Source: a virus
DNA: 64,000 nt
IMG/VR virus record: IMGVR_UViG_3300033981_002321
Span: 1 to 64,000 of that record
Direction: 5' to 3' (one strand)
Shown in pieces: positions 27,567-37,082 of this stretch. Both the position numbers and the translations under genes were made by a program. The notes beneath the pieces are model-generated. The model was not told the origin of the DNA and did not search any database. It saw nothing but the letters and a program-made list of their open reading frames with translations. The stretch's first letter is position 1, and each line of letters begins with the position of its first letter.

Positions 27567-28088
27567 ATGCCAAGAAAGCGCAACTCAAAAGCCCCCTTTG
27601 CTTACGAAATCACCATCCACGACCGAGGGGCCTACGAGGTCGAGCGGAGGAGAAGGAGGGCGATGAAGAGTGGGCAGATTCACGAGTCAGACCGCTGGCG
27701 TGCGATTAGACACGAGGATGCGATCATGTTTTTTACATTTCAGGTCTTGAGGTTAAAACAGCAAATAAGACGCCCTTGGTACTGTTACTACAAAGTCACG
27801 GGGTATGGGGCGCCGGGGCGCAAGGAGTTTCTTTGTCCATTTACTTTTATGAAGGCCACTACAATTCAAGAGTCACAAGCCAAAATGTATCGGCAGTGGT
27901 ACGCTCGCTGCATTGAGAAGTCTCGAATGATTCTTGAGTGGTTGATTCATTTGCCACCAACTGAATATACTCAGGACTTGCACCACTACCTGCTTAGGCT
28001 TTTAGTTTTCCCTCGCCCCACTACTTTCCAGGTTGATGCCTACAAGCAAAAAAGAGAATCAAAGATTTCACGGGCGTTATTCGGATGA
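27567..28088 (+). CDS. Basic hypothetical protein
   Basis: ORF track; first gene of the plus-strand block. Confidence 0.6.
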   Translation: MPRKRNSKAPFAYEITIHDRGAYEVERRRRRAMKSGQIHESDRWRAIRHEDAIMFFTFQVLRLKQQIRRPWYCYYKVTGYGAPGRKEFLCPFTFMKATTIQESQAKMYRQWYARCIEKSRMILEWLIHLPPTEYTQDLHHYLLRLLVFPRPTTFQVDAYKQKRESKISRALFG

Positions 28089-28590
28089 TGGGCATTTTTA
28101 TTTTTCACGTACCCAGACAGATAATAGGTTTGCTCTTTGCAAAGAGTCGCTGGCCTACAAGCGAGGGGTGAAGATAAGACTGAGAAGGATTTATGGTTCG
28201 ATAAAAGATATTGAGAAGTGCTCGATAGCAGAATGCTCTTCAGTTCATCAACTGCATAAAAGATATGTTGATTTAGCCTTGCTAGCAGATGGGGGAGAGT
28301 ATTGCAAGTATGAGCAAGAGTGCTGCCCAGAGGGAGCCTTGTTTCCTTTTGTGAGAACAACTGGTTCTAGTCTCGCCCCTATCGACACGGGTTGCATTTG
28401 GTTGGGCACGAGGTTTGATTATCCACTCATTTTTGTAGATAACGAAGTCGCAAAATGGATCAGCCCATATTCTCAGGGGGGATTTCCAAGAGTTGATCCC
28501 TTTCGTCCATATTTTGAAGTCATGGATCTTTTGCCAAAGCTGATGAATAAAGCTCGCTACCCTGATCTTGACGTAGAAGGTCTGATCTAA
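28033..28590 (+). CDS. Hypothetical protein
   Basis: ORF track; start uncertain. Confidence 0.55.
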   Translation: MMPTSKKENQRFHGRYSDDGHFYFSRTQTDNRFALCKESLAYKRGVKIRLRRIYGSIKDIEKCSIAECSSVHQLHKRYVDLALLADGGEYCKYEQECCPEGALFPFVRTTGSSLAPIDTGCIWLGTRFDYPLIFVDNEVAKWISPYSQGGFPRVDPFRPYFEVMDLLPKLMNKARYPDLDVEGLI

Positions 28591-28614
28591 GCTATGGGTA
28601 CAAGCTCTTTGTGC

Positions 28615-28643
28615 TTGACAGCTGGCACTAATAGTGCTATATT
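28615..28643 (+). promoter_or_regulatory. Early promoter 1 (TTTGTGC-TTGACA core with a GTGC palindromic spacer)
   Basis: TTGACA-gctggcactaatagtgc-TATATT. Confidence 0.8.
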
Positions 28644-28669
28644 ATAGATGTCCAGGACACCATCCCTTC

Positions 28670-29170
28670 ATGTCCATTGTTCATCTTAATCTCGTTTCAC
28701 ATCAAGAAGCAGTTAAAACTGCTCCCGAGCCTGGAGACAAACAAACGCTGCATGAACGCATGTGTTTTATCGCAGACAGGATTGTTCGATACAATCTTTC
28801 TGATGTTGCTGTTCACGATGCTCGTAAGCTCAGGAAAATGCGATGCGGCGAATATCGCCTGTGGATCGTGACCGAGTTCGGTTCTCAATTTCTGCCACTC
28901 TCTTGCAAGTTGTCAGAGTGGAAGAACATGGAGCTGAATGACTATCGACTCTCTGCCGTTCATGTTACAATCGCAAAGCTTCTAACAACTCATGGATGGC
29001 AGCAAGCACAGAACCGTGTTTTATTCAACTCTGCAGAGTTTTATCTCGTGGGTAAAGGTTCTGATAGTTTCTCTGGCACTATTGAGCCTATGTCTTTTCC
29101 TGACGTTGTTCGTTTTGTTTTCTTTAATGAATTTGTAGAGATCCCCGAGTCTCTTAGCCACCTGTTCTGA
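28670..29170 (+). CDS. Hypothetical early protein
   Basis: ATG 28670 after the promoter. Confidence 0.7.
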   Translation: MSIVHLNLVSHQEAVKTAPEPGDKQTLHERMCFIADRIVRYNLSDVAVHDARKLRKMRCGEYRLWIVTEFGSQFLPLSCKLSEWKNMELNDYRLSAVHVTIAKLLTTHGWQQAQNRVLFNSAEFYLVGKGSDSFSGTIEPMSFPDVVRFVFFNEFVEIPESLSHLF

Positions 29171-29194
29171 CTATCAATCCATTGCATCGCTCAA

Positions 29195-29503
29195 ATGAAA
29201 ACACCCGAGCTTTACGTAGGTGACATTCTTGTTGCCCTTGAAGCAATTGATTTCGCTGCTCATTCTCTTACGCAGGGCTATTTGGCGAAATCGAAAGCTA
29301 TTAAGCGCAAGTCTTTTTTCAGGCCATGGAATAAACTTGCTCTTTCGAGAGAGCTTCTTGCCGACGCAAGCTTTGCACTTGGAAGACTTGGGCATCTTCA
29401 ATCCATCAGAGAGAAGCTGCTGCAGAGCACTGGCCTAGATGAAGACATGCGCCCCATCACCCTCGAAGAAATCCTCAAGAAAAATGCAACAAGAACTAAT
29501 TGA
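29195..29503 (+). CDS. Hypothetical early protein
   Basis: ORF track. Confidence 0.65.
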   Translation: MKTPELYVGDILVALEAIDFAAHSLTQGYLAKSKAIKRKSFFRPWNKLALSRELLADASFALGRLGHLQSIREKLLQSTGLDEDMRPITLEEILKKNATRTN

Positions 29504-29801
29504 TGAGATCGCTAAGTTCATTCTCTATCTTGAGAATGTTGATGGCGAATCGTGGAACTCTCTGATGAAAGAACTGTCCGCGACTTACGAGGCAGGTCAA
29601 GGGCTTATGTTTTTTGGGCTTAGTATTGAAAAATGCTACGCTTTTGCAGATAGATGGTTTGGGCAGTATTGGTACAGTTTCTGCCCCCAGGAAATCAGGT
29701 ACGATTTCAGGCGACACCAAACCTCTGTTAGTCTTTTCGCTGCTGCCGAGATTCTTTCGGGGGCGGAGAAAGAGTTCAAGCTTGGTAACTTTTTTCATTG
29801 A
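29484..29801 (+). CDS. Hypothetical early protein
   Basis: Internal ATG (MQQELIDE). Confidence 0.6.
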   Translation: MQQELIDEIAKFILYLENVDGESWNSLMKELSATYEAGQGLMFFGLSIEKCYAFADRWFGQYWYSFCPQEIRYDFRRHQTSVSLFAAAEILSGAEKEFKLGNFFH

Positions 29802-29806
29802 TTAAC

Positions 29807-30232
29807 ATGACAACAGCTCAAATGACAACTATCAAAAACCCCACAGCACTTGCTCTTGTTGAGGCAATGCTTCAAACATCTACTGATGATTTTGACACGC
29901 CCCTTTCCGAAATCTATTCTCCAGCAGAGGTTCTTCCCGAGTCAGTTAAGAGAATCTACCTGGAGTTTCAGCGGTTCATTGAAATGGTTGAGCCGGAAAT
30001 TGACAAAGTTGACGAAAGAGAGTGGAACAGTCTTGATGAGTTCTACCTTGATTCCCGCCCCGACAATCCCACTGAGCTGTACTTTGTTTATACCAGGAAC
30101 TACGAAGGCGAAGGCTTTTGGAACAAGGACAAATGGGATGAATCTGTATCCAATATCTTGACCAGGGCTGCTCATTCTTTTCCTGAGATTGTGGCTTCTC
30201 TCGATGACAATGGGAGAATTTACTTCCATTGA
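29807..30232 (+). CDS. Acidic early protein (TRN..G.GFW family)
   Basis: YTRNYEGEGFW ... DDNGRIY. Confidence 0.7.
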   Translation: MTTAQMTTIKNPTALALVEAMLQTSTDDFDTPLSEIYSPAEVLPESVKRIYLEFQRFIEMVEPEIDKVDEREWNSLDEFYLDSRPDNPTELYFVYTRNYEGEGFWNKDKWDESVSNILTRAAHSFPEIVASLDDNGRIYFH

Positions 30233-30245
30233 GTTCCTGAAGCGG

Positions 30246-30314
30246 TTTATTTGTGCTTGACAAACAGCCGTCAAGATGGTATCATTGAATCAGTGAGGGC
30301 GCAGTGTCCTTACT
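30246..30314 (+). promoter_or_regulatory. Early promoter 2 + 5' hairpin
   Basis: TTTATTTGTGC-TTGACA-17-TATCAT, then AGTGAGGGC-gcagt-GTCCTTACT. Confidence 0.8.
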
Positions 30315-30332
30315 TCCCATCGCTTTATTTAC

Positions 30333-30677
30333 GTGTCAACTTCAACTGTTTCCAGATTAGATGATTGCTGGCAGCCTCATGAAATTGAGGGCGAAGACGA
30401 ATCACTTTTTGGTTCTGTTCTAATCATTGGCGATCATCGCGGGATCTACGTTCCGCAGGTCTTCTGCCAGCGCTACAAAAAGACCGATAAGGTATCTCAG
30501 GAAGACTGGGATATTTGTCTTTCCGGCCCAGACCACGAATACTACTGGGACTCGTGGGAAATCATTCTGAATGAATGGGGCGTGGAAGAAACAGATCAGT
30601 CTGGCAACAGGTATCAGATAGGCATCTATCAAGATGGCGATCTATTTCAAACTCGACGACTTATCGAAACTACATGA
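30333..30677 (+). CDS. Acidic early protein, paralog of 20012..20380
   Basis: GDHRGIYVPQVFC...GPDHEYYWDSW...YQDGDLF. Confidence 0.75.
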   Translation: MSTSTVSRLDDCWQPHEIEGEDESLFGSVLIIGDHRGIYVPQVFCQRYKKTDKVSQEDWDICLSGPDHEYYWDSWEIILNEWGVEETDQSGNRYQIGIYQDGDLFQTRRLIETT

Positions 30678-31144
30678 AAACCGTACAGGACGAACGCTGG
30701 CTTAACGAACCTGAGTTCGAGGATAAGCGAGAGCTTTTCTTTCGCTCTCGCTATCTCGACAAAGAGATCGCATTGCAAGATATTCTTTCAATGCACATAG
30801 ACGATCTCAAGAAGTTGTGGCTTGAGGTTGAAGCTCAACATGCCTTGCAGGGGTTTCACTCTGATGTCAACTCTCAGATTGAGCGCATAGACCCTTCTCA
30901 CAATTGGAAGGAGGCTCATAGGCGCTTTGCCTTCAAGCGTTTTGTTCTTGTATTTTTCAGCAAAGCTGTTTCAAGGGAAATTAATTTTCGTGTTGGGGCG
31001 CTTAAGCAAAAACGAGAGTTCCTAGTTCAAAAGGAGATTGCTTCCTTGGCCAAGGAGGCTCTCGGTGGTGAAAAGTTTGCGAGGATTCTCTCGCAAGCCA
31101 ACATAACAGCTGATCAAAAACTTCTTTCTCTTTCTTCGACATGA
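30674..31144 (+). CDS. Hypothetical early protein
   Basis: ATGA-coupled start MKTVQD. Confidence 0.65.
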   Translation: MKTVQDERWLNEPEFEDKRELFFRSRYLDKEIALQDILSMHIDDLKKLWLEVEAQHALQGFHSDVNSQIERIDPSHNWKEAHRRFAFKRFVLVFFSKAVSREINFRVGALKQKREFLVQKEIASLAKEALGGEKFARILSQANITADQKLLSLSST

Positions 31145-31482
31145 CAAATTATCACCGACAGGCAATTGATTGGGTTACGCGAGAGCTTGACTGGAAAGCT
31201 GTTGCGCTTGAGATGGCAAAAGTGCAGCCCAAGCTATTTGTTGCTTGTGCAAAACGAGTTTCTCCATCGCATGTTCTCGATGATCGAGTTGCAAATCTTG
31301 CAGTCAGCGAGATCGAGAAGCAGGTTGTTCACCACGTTCTTCATGGTGGTGGTTATCCAGCCGCAAAGATCAAGGCGATTAAGTTTCATCGAGAGTTGAC
31401 TGGTGTTGGGCTGGGAGAGTCCAGGCAGTTCATCGAGGAACTTTTTTCTCGCTCCAACGTTTTTTCTGTTGCAAACCAATGA
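31141..31482 (+). CDS. Protein with a ribosomal bL12 (L7/L12) C-terminal-domain-like motif
   Basis: KIKAIKFHRELTGVGLGESRQFIE matches KI.AIK..R..TG.GL.EAK..VE. Confidence 0.7.
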   Translation: MTNYHRQAIDWVTRELDWKAVALEMAKVQPKLFVACAKRVSPSHVLDDRVANLAVSEIEKQVVHHVLHGGGYPAAKIKAIKFHRELTGVGLGESRQFIEELFSRSNVFSVANQ

Positions 31483-31796
31483 GCACCTACATAAGGCCAG
31501 CCCGCATCAAAGATTGTTCTGTTCAATTCGTTGTCCCTGACGGCGAAGCTCTTTGGCCGAGGGAGAAGGCTCTCCTGCTTGTCAAAGAGCTGGAGCGACT
31601 TCTTGAGCAAGACGAAAAGCGGCGCACCCAAGATCGATACTTGTCGGACTTTGCAAGCACGATTGAAGAATTTGTGGCCGATGTTCAAGACATTGTTGAT
31701 TACGATCCAACGGGCGAAATTGATGGCGAGCCTCCATTGAGTGTAAAGGAAATGGCGAACATTTCTTTTCAGCAAAAACTTGCTCTTAAAAAATGA
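31479..31796 (+). CDS. Hypothetical early protein
   Basis: ORF track; coupled. Confidence 0.65.
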   Translation: MSTYIRPARIKDCSVQFVVPDGEALWPREKALLLVKELERLLEQDEKRRTQDRYLSDFASTIEEFVADVQDIVDYDPTGEIDGEPPLSVKEMANISFQQKLALKK

Positions 31797-32044
31797 CTTG
31801 CATTTCTCTTCCTTCTTTCTTATTTTCCCCTAAGATTTTCGCACTGCTTTATGTCTTGCTTTCAGCCTGTGCGATGCCTGCGGTTTGTTCGTTTTATGCC
31901 AGCAAGCAAGACCGCTGGCTTTGCCAAATCAATCTATGGGAGAGGTTTGGCTGTTCAATAGCTGCAGCGTTCTGGCCAGTTTTGATTGTAATCAGGATTT
32001 TTCTCCTTGGCGTTCGGTTTTTTGTCTGGGTGCTTCCGTACTGA
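31793..32044 (+). CDS. Small membrane protein
   Basis: Two hydrophobic segments, FWP motif. Confidence 0.6.
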   Translation: MTCISLPSFLFSPKIFALLYVLLSACAMPAVCSFYASKQDRWLCQINLWERFGCSIAAAFWPVLIVIRIFLLGVRFFVWVLPY

Positions 32045-32099
32045 TTCAAGCTGGTAGCAAGATCCGCTGATTACAAACTTTCTTCATTTCAGATTTATC

Positions 32100-32759
32100 A
32101 TGTCCAAAAAACAGCTATTTCTTTGCGTTCTCCCCTTTTCTGGTTTCTACAATAGCTCTCACGACGAGGCTATCGACAATCAAGAAGAGCAGATGTTCAG
32201 CTTTGATGATGGAAAAGTACACGATTCTCTTTACGAGCACTACTGGAAACACATGGACCACGGAGAGCTTTACGAGAAGTATGCAGAGTCCTACGTTGAA
32301 GCTATTTCGGAGTTGACGGAACTTGATCTTGAGTTTGATGGGCTGAGTTCCCCCAGGGAATACAACTTCACGACAGACAGAATCTTTGCGTCCATCTCTC
32401 GCAAGTCACTCGCAGAAGTCATTCGAGCCGTGAGGGGGGGGCGATTAAAGAAGATGGCGAAAGAGATGTTTACCAGTCGCTCTGGATTCATCAGTTACTA
32501 TTCGCCCGATGTCTCCGAGTGGGGGCGGGTAGAGGATTGGGACCACAATCAGATACTGTGTGCCCTTGAGGCGTACTTCCAGCATCTGAATCATGGGAGC
32601 AGTATGCTTCTGGAGGATCAAGCACTGGATCGCATCTGTGAGGGCGGTGCCCTGGATGAGCTGATTTACAATTCCGCCCCCGTCGAATCTAGGCGTGCCC
32701 TGGATGTTTTCGGTTATCTCAGAATGAGGCAGGAGAGAAGGCTCTATGTCGCTAACTAA
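32100..32759 (+). CDS. Conserved phage early protein
   Basis: PFSGFYNS ... SPREYNFTTDRIF ... FTSRSGFISYY. Confidence 0.8.
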   Translation: MSKKQLFLCVLPFSGFYNSSHDEAIDNQEEQMFSFDDGKVHDSLYEHYWKHMDHGELYEKYAESYVEAISELTELDLEFDGLSSPREYNFTTDRIFASISRKSLAEVIRAVRGGRLKKMAKEMFTSRSGFISYYSPDVSEWGRVEDWDHNQILCALEAYFQHLNHGSSMLLEDQALDRICEGGALDELIYNSAPVESRRALDVFGYLRMRQERRLYVAN

Positions 32760-32982
32760 ACGCCAGCGTCAGATCATCTTAATGAGTCTGACCTTCTTTT
32801 ACAATTATGGGCCAAGGTTCGTATCACTTATCAAAGAGAGATACCCTGGGCACAAAGAAGATAACTTGCTGGCGTGGGACAAGTTGCAAGATGAGATCGC
32901 TGAACTCAGAACTGAGTTGACGATTAAGTTTCACGCTTCCCCGCCCCGAGACGGTTCCTCCCCGCCCCCCAAGGGTCTCTGA
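32746..32982 (+). CDS. Hypothetical protein
   Basis: ORF track. Confidence 0.5.
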   Translation: MSLTKRQRQIILMSLTFFYNYGPRFVSLIKERYPGHKEDNLLAWDKLQDEIAELRTELTIKFHASPPRDGSSPPPKGL

Positions 32983-33105
32983 GCCCAGTCAGGATCGCCC
33001 CTGAGCCCTTTGTTTCCCCTCGCCCGAGTCTTTCCCCGATTCGGGCTTTTGCCGCCCACGGGGGGATTTTGAGAGGGGCGAGAATCGATAGTCCAATCCA
33101 AAAAC

Positions 33106-33366
33106 ATGACAACCAAAAGCACGTCTTTGCGAATTGCACGAATTACAAAAAAGTTTTATGAGTTAAATCCTTGCAAAGGCAGAAGCAGGTATCTCTCTAC
33201 AAAGGGAGGATTTACGGTCTGCGCTCGATGCTGTTGCATGAATCAGAGAAAGTTTGCGTTGAACGATCATTGGGAAGTTGTTGAAGACATGAACAATGTC
33301 TCGTCTCCCTATCTTTTCTGCGATAATTGTGGGGATAGCATCCCTCGACTCAAAAGCCCGCCATGA
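33106..33366 (+). CDS. Zn-finger small protein
   Basis: CARC ... CDNCG. Confidence 0.65.
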   Translation: MTTKSTSLRIARITKKFYELNPCKGRSRYLSTKGGFTVCARCCCMNQRKFALNDHWEVVEDMNNVSSPYLFCDNCGDSIPRLKSPP

Positions 33367-33965
33367 AAGTGCTAGTCGCCTGCGAGTTTTCCGGCAGAGT
33401 CAGAGAAGCTTTTGCAAGAAGGGGGCACTACGCTGTTTCTTGCGATTTGATCAAGACAGAGTTACCTGTTTCGGAAAACTCCAAACATTTTGTGGGCGAT
33501 GTAAGAAAAATGCTTGACAGAGACTGGGACATGATTATTGCCTTTCCCCCTTGCACCTATTTAGCGAGGGTCAGTGTTCGCTGGCTGAAAATACAGGAGG
33601 GGCGATGGGAAAAGATGCTGGACGCTGTAGAGTTTTTTAACTTGTTTCTGTCCTCCCCTTGCCCAAAGGTCTGTATCGAGAATCCAATAATGCACGGAGA
33701 AGCGAGGTCTCGCTTGCTTGTCCAGGATTATACGCAGAAGGTTCAGCCATATTCTTTTGGGCATCCAGAGCAGAAGGCTACTTGCTTTTGGCTTAAGGGG
33801 CTTTCAAAGTTGAAGGCCACAGAGGATGTTCAGCACATTATGCGAGGAATGCACCCGAATCAAATACAAAGAAGTAATAATGAGCCGGATACAAAAGATC
33901 GGCAAAAGAATCGTAGTAGGACTTACTTGGGGATTGCAGAGGCGATGGCTGAGCAATGGGGTTAA
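33363..33965 (+). CDS. Short phage DNA cytosine-C5 methyltransferase-like protein
   Basis: MKVLVACEFSG.VR.AF, FPPCTY, IENP, QPY.FGH, KATC.WL.GL, RSRTY.GIAEAMAEQWG. Confidence 0.85.
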   Translation: MKVLVACEFSGRVREAFARRGHYAVSCDLIKTELPVSENSKHFVGDVRKMLDRDWDMIIAFPPCTYLARVSVRWLKIQEGRWEKMLDAVEFFNLFLSSPCPKVCIENPIMHGEARSRLLVQDYTQKVQPYSFGHPEQKATCFWLKGLSKLKATEDVQHIMRGMHPNQIQRSNNEPDTKDRQKNRSRTYLGIAEAMAEQWG

Positions 33966-33977
33966 GTTTGCAGTTGT

Positions 33978-34050
33978 TTTTATTTGTGCTTGACACCACC
34001 CCCCTGGTGTGTTACAATTAAGGAGTGACGGGCAAGCCCTGTCACGTTTT
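33978..34050 (+). promoter_or_regulatory. Early promoter 3 + 5' hairpin
   Basis: TTGACA(33990)-17-TACAAT(34013); GTGACGGG-caagc-CCTGTCAC. Confidence 0.85.
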
Positions 34051-34064
34051 ACCGCTGCAAACTT

Positions 34065-34340
34065 ATGAGTTTTTCGGCTTTTCAGTTAACTCGCAAGGAG
34101 GTTAGTTACGACGATTTTTTCTTGTCGGATATTGCAGTGCAAAACTGCATAGACGAAGAATGGTGGAGCATAGATCACAGGCCAGAAAGTTTTTTGATTT
34201 ACGAAAATCATTTTTGGATTGCTTGTTTTGTGTATCCCAGTGTTTACTACCACACTCACATTGAATCTCGGTCGTATTCCTCTTTCTCTTTGCTAGAGCT
34301 TGAGAAGCTCTTGTTTCAGTTTTCTTGTATTGAATGTTGA
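34065..34340 (+). CDS. Hypothetical early protein
   Basis: ORF track. Confidence 0.65.
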   Translation: MSFSAFQLTRKEVSYDDFFLSDIAVQNCIDEEWWSIDHRPESFLIYENHFWIACFVYPSVYYHTHIESRSYSSFSLLELEKLLFQFSCIEC

Positions 34341-34354
34341 ATTCATTTTAGATC

Positions 34355-34516
34355 ATGACTCCAAATTATTTTGCTGCCATCTGCTCCTCGTTTGACGTAG
34401 ATCCTTCAATTGCGCTTGAAGACGATGAGGTTTGCGACCTATTGGCCAGTGATCTCATGGACCCGTTGGCTCAGAATCAGGCTCGTCTTGAACAGATCCT
34501 TTGTGAAAACTTTTGA
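34355..34516 (+). CDS. 53-aa acidic microprotein
   Basis: MTPNYFAAICSSFDVDPSIALEDDEV...CENF*, preceded by TTTTAGATC. Confidence 0.65.
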   Translation: MTPNYFAAICSSFDVDPSIALEDDEVCDLLASDLMDPLAQNQARLEQILCENF

Positions 34517-34520
34517 TCTC

Positions 34521-34826
34521 ATGAACATTTCCTCTGTCAGCAGCTTTACCGTGCAAACAGAAAAGCGTGTTACGGAAACCCGTCGAGACGCTTTTTCTGT
34601 TGATGGCCTTCACTGGCGTTACATTCGCAGAGATCGCCAGGGCAAGATTCTTCACTCTTTCTCGATTCTTGAGTCAACTGCACAAATTGCTTTACAGAAA
34701 GCATTGCAGTTGCAGCACGACAGGCCTGATCTTGTTCGTGTTGAAGTTCAGAAGTTCTCTTACACGAGAGAGTTTCAAGAAAAGTTGCGACTCATTGCAC
34801 CCTCCTCTCCGTACACCAACCACTGA
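34521..34826 (+). CDS. Hypothetical early protein
   Basis: Internal ATG of the track ORF. Confidence 0.6.
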   Translation: MNISSVSSFTVQTEKRVTETRRDAFSVDGLHWRYIRRDRQGKILHSFSILESTAQIALQKALQLQHDRPDLVRVEVQKFSYTREFQEKLRLIAPSSPYTNH

Positions 34827-34832
34827 TTTGTC

Positions 34833-35192
34833 ATGGCTATTGCACAACTGGACATCAATCTCGACAACGATGTATTTGATGGCCGCTCAAATCGCTCGCA
34901 GGAGCTTGCTCGAATCTATCGAGAGCTTGCTTCTCGCATTGAAGAATCTCAGCCCTCTGTTGGTGATTCTTTTGTTGTTCGAGACTTCAACGGCAACTCT
35001 GTTGGTCTTTTCGAGATCGGTGAAGAAACTCCGTGTAAGACTGTTGACAAGTTTGAGCTTGTCGAGAACATGCGCAAGTATGGCGGCAATTTTGTTAGCA
35101 AGCTCGCTGATGCTCTGATTGCTGCAGATCCTCAAAATGCAAAGAGGATCATGGAAGCTTTTCCTGACGTTGTTGAGAAGTATTCCGAATGA
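34833..35192 (+). CDS. Two-module early protein
   Basis: RD.NGN.VG module plus M.KYGG.FV..LA.A...AD..N..RI..AFP module. Confidence 0.7.
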   Translation: MAIAQLDINLDNDVFDGRSNRSQELARIYRELASRIEESQPSVGDSFVVRDFNGNSVGLFEIGEETPCKTVDKFELVENMRKYGGNFVSKLADALIAADPQNAKRIMEAFPDVVEKYSE

Positions 35193-35401
35193 GCAAGCTT
35201 TGCATTGACTGCAAGTGGCATGAGCCCTTCACGATGTCTTCTTGTCGCATCGAGAGTCTTGATCGCTGCCTAAGGCCGCAGAGTGGGCCAGTTAGCCCAA
35301 TCTCTGGCCAGCAAGAGAAAAGATTCTGCTCGGTGGAAAGAGCTTACACGCATAGCAAAATGTGCGGCCCTTGCGGTCGCTTCTGGGAACCAGGACGCTG
35401 A
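35189..35401 (+). CDS. Cys-rich small protein
   Basis: C.DCKW...C..ER...CGP.GRFWEP. Confidence 0.65.
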   Translation: MSKLCIDCKWHEPFTMSSCRIESLDRCLRPQSGPVSPISGQQEKRFCSVERAYTHSKMCGPCGRFWEPGR

Positions 35402-35453
35402 AGCGCAGGCATCTCGGCTAATTCACTTCTTTGTTTTATTTTCACTTAGATCA

Positions 35454-36230
35454 ATGACTGTTTTTACTTTCGACCACGCCCAGGAGATTCTAGCTGCGCA
35501 AGAAAAGCGTGGCTTTGACAAGAAAAAACTCGCCAACAACACTTACCTCACCAAGAAGGACGATGCTTTTGTCATTCGTCTTCACGATACTGACATTGTG
35601 AAGATCAAAGAAGAGAGCAGTCAAACCTTCTTTACTGTCAACACTGACGGCTGGATGACTTCTGCAACAAAAGAACGCATCAATTCTTTCACGCCCCTGC
35701 GAATCTTTCAGAAGCGTGGCGTTTGGTACGTCCATCAGCAAGTTGATGGACGAGAAGAGGTTGTGCAGTTCTTTGATGGAATGACTGTTGATCAGTCGGG
35801 GCGAGTGGTTAATTCTGCCGAGGCTTCTCTTGATAGAATTGAGGTGGGGCGGAAGCTGGATCAGATGATCACGGACTACATCAAGAAGTTCTGTGATCAA
35901 TCAATCAAAGAGGGATTGCCGCTACCCAATGCTGGAGATTGCTGGCTTTGCAAGATTTACTCACAAGCCAAAAGTGAACAGAGAAATCTGGATGGCATGG
36001 ATCATGTTTACTCTCACCTAGAGGAAACCTATATCCATGGCAGCTTTCTTGTTTATGCTGCCACCGTTGCAGGCTATAGCAATCCGGGTTTCATCTTTGC
36101 GCTCATCCAGCAAGACTGCCAGCGTGGCGACGTGACAATGCTCAAGCGGGTTTTCAGAAGCTTCTTCAAGAAAGTGCGGCAGAAGTTGCTGAAGTTTGCT
36201 GAGCAAGAAATTGAGTTGGGGGCGGAATAA
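35454..36230 (+). CDS. Conserved phage early protein
   Basis: KLANNTYL...IRLH.TDIV...TDGW.T..TKERIN; TAGATCAATG start. Confidence 0.8.
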   Translation: MTVFTFDHAQEILAAQEKRGFDKKKLANNTYLTKKDDAFVIRLHDTDIVKIKEESSQTFFTVNTDGWMTSATKERINSFTPLRIFQKRGVWYVHQQVDGREEVVQFFDGMTVDQSGRVVNSAEASLDRIEVGRKLDQMITDYIKKFCDQSIKEGLPLPNAGDCWLCKIYSQAKSEQRNLDGMDHVYSHLEETYIHGSFLVYAATVAGYSNPGFIFALIQQDCQRGDVTMLKRVFRSFFKKVRQKLLKFAEQEIELGAE

Positions 36231-36320
36231 AACAAAGTTGGTTTTATCTGTGCTTGACACGGCACTGTCCATGTGGTACAATTAAAGAGTGATGGGCAAG
36301 TTCTATCACTCTTTGTTCAC
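36218..36320 (+). promoter_or_regulatory. Early promoter 4 with an upstream GGGGGCG box + 5' hairpin
   Basis: TTGACA(36254)-17-TACAAT(36277); AAAGAGTGATGG...CTATCACTCTTT. Confidence 0.85.
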
Positions 36321-36336
36321 TTCTTTCTTTTAGATT

Positions 36337-36834
36337 GTGGCTTATTTCTCTCGCTTGCAGATTTTGCAGAATCAGGTCGATTGCCGCAATCGGCTCAATG
36401 CGGAATCCGAAAAGTTCCGCGCCCAGCTCCAGGAAGTCTTCAGTCGGTTTGTCGGCAAGAAGATTTACAAGTTTACAGGTGGCTCTTTGTCCGCTTCCGT
36501 TCTTAAAGCAGTGGAGCCGATAATGGAAGAAGCAAGGGGCAAGGGGTTTCATTGCTGGTTCGAGTCTTTTCCGTTCGGCCCTGTTTACTTCAGTGTCCAA
36601 AGCTCCTACAGAACTTCTGACGTTTCAGTTAATTACTGCAAGGCGCAATTCTTTGTTGCGTGTTTCGACCGCGACACCGGCTTGATGACAGAGGAAACTC
36701 GCGAGTTCATCAAACATCGCTGTGACTACACATTGGAGGAAATCACCGCTGCTCGCAACAAGATTTCTGAGCTGGAAGAGCAGATTAGCTCTCTGAGGTC
36801 GAGTATTGCTGAGTTCAGCTTTGACTACTGTTGA
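36337..36834 (+). CDS. Hypothetical early protein
   Basis: ORF track. Confidence 0.7.
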   Translation: MAYFSRLQILQNQVDCRNRLNAESEKFRAQLQEVFSRFVGKKIYKFTGGSLSASVLKAVEPIMEEARGKGFHCWFESFPFGPVYFSVQSSYRTSDVSVNYCKAQFFVACFDRDTGLMTEETREFIKHRCDYTLEEITAARNKISELEEQISSLRSSIAEFSFDYC

Positions 36835-36855
36835 TCTTTTTCTTTCTTCAAAATC

Positions 36856-37035
36856 ATGAGCATCTACGACGATCAGCGCGACGCAGACTATCTCGATTCA
36901 ATGGCTGAACTTGAGCCGGAAGAGGCCGACGAAGACAGTGATTGGGGATGGGGCGGGGTTGAAGAAATCTCGAACGAAGAAAGACATGCCTGCGATCTTT
37001 ACAACGAGAGGTATGTCATGCCCTACTACGATTGA
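36856..37035 (+). CDS. 59-aa highly acidic microprotein
   Basis: MSIYDDQRDADYLDSMAELEPEEADEDSDW...YYD*. Confidence 0.7.
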   Translation: MSIYDDQRDADYLDSMAELEPEEADEDSDWGWGGVEEISNEERHACDLYNERYVMPYYD

Positions 37036-37082
37036 TTCTTCTTTCTCTTTTTTCTTGCACACACTTCTTTTGATTTTCCATC

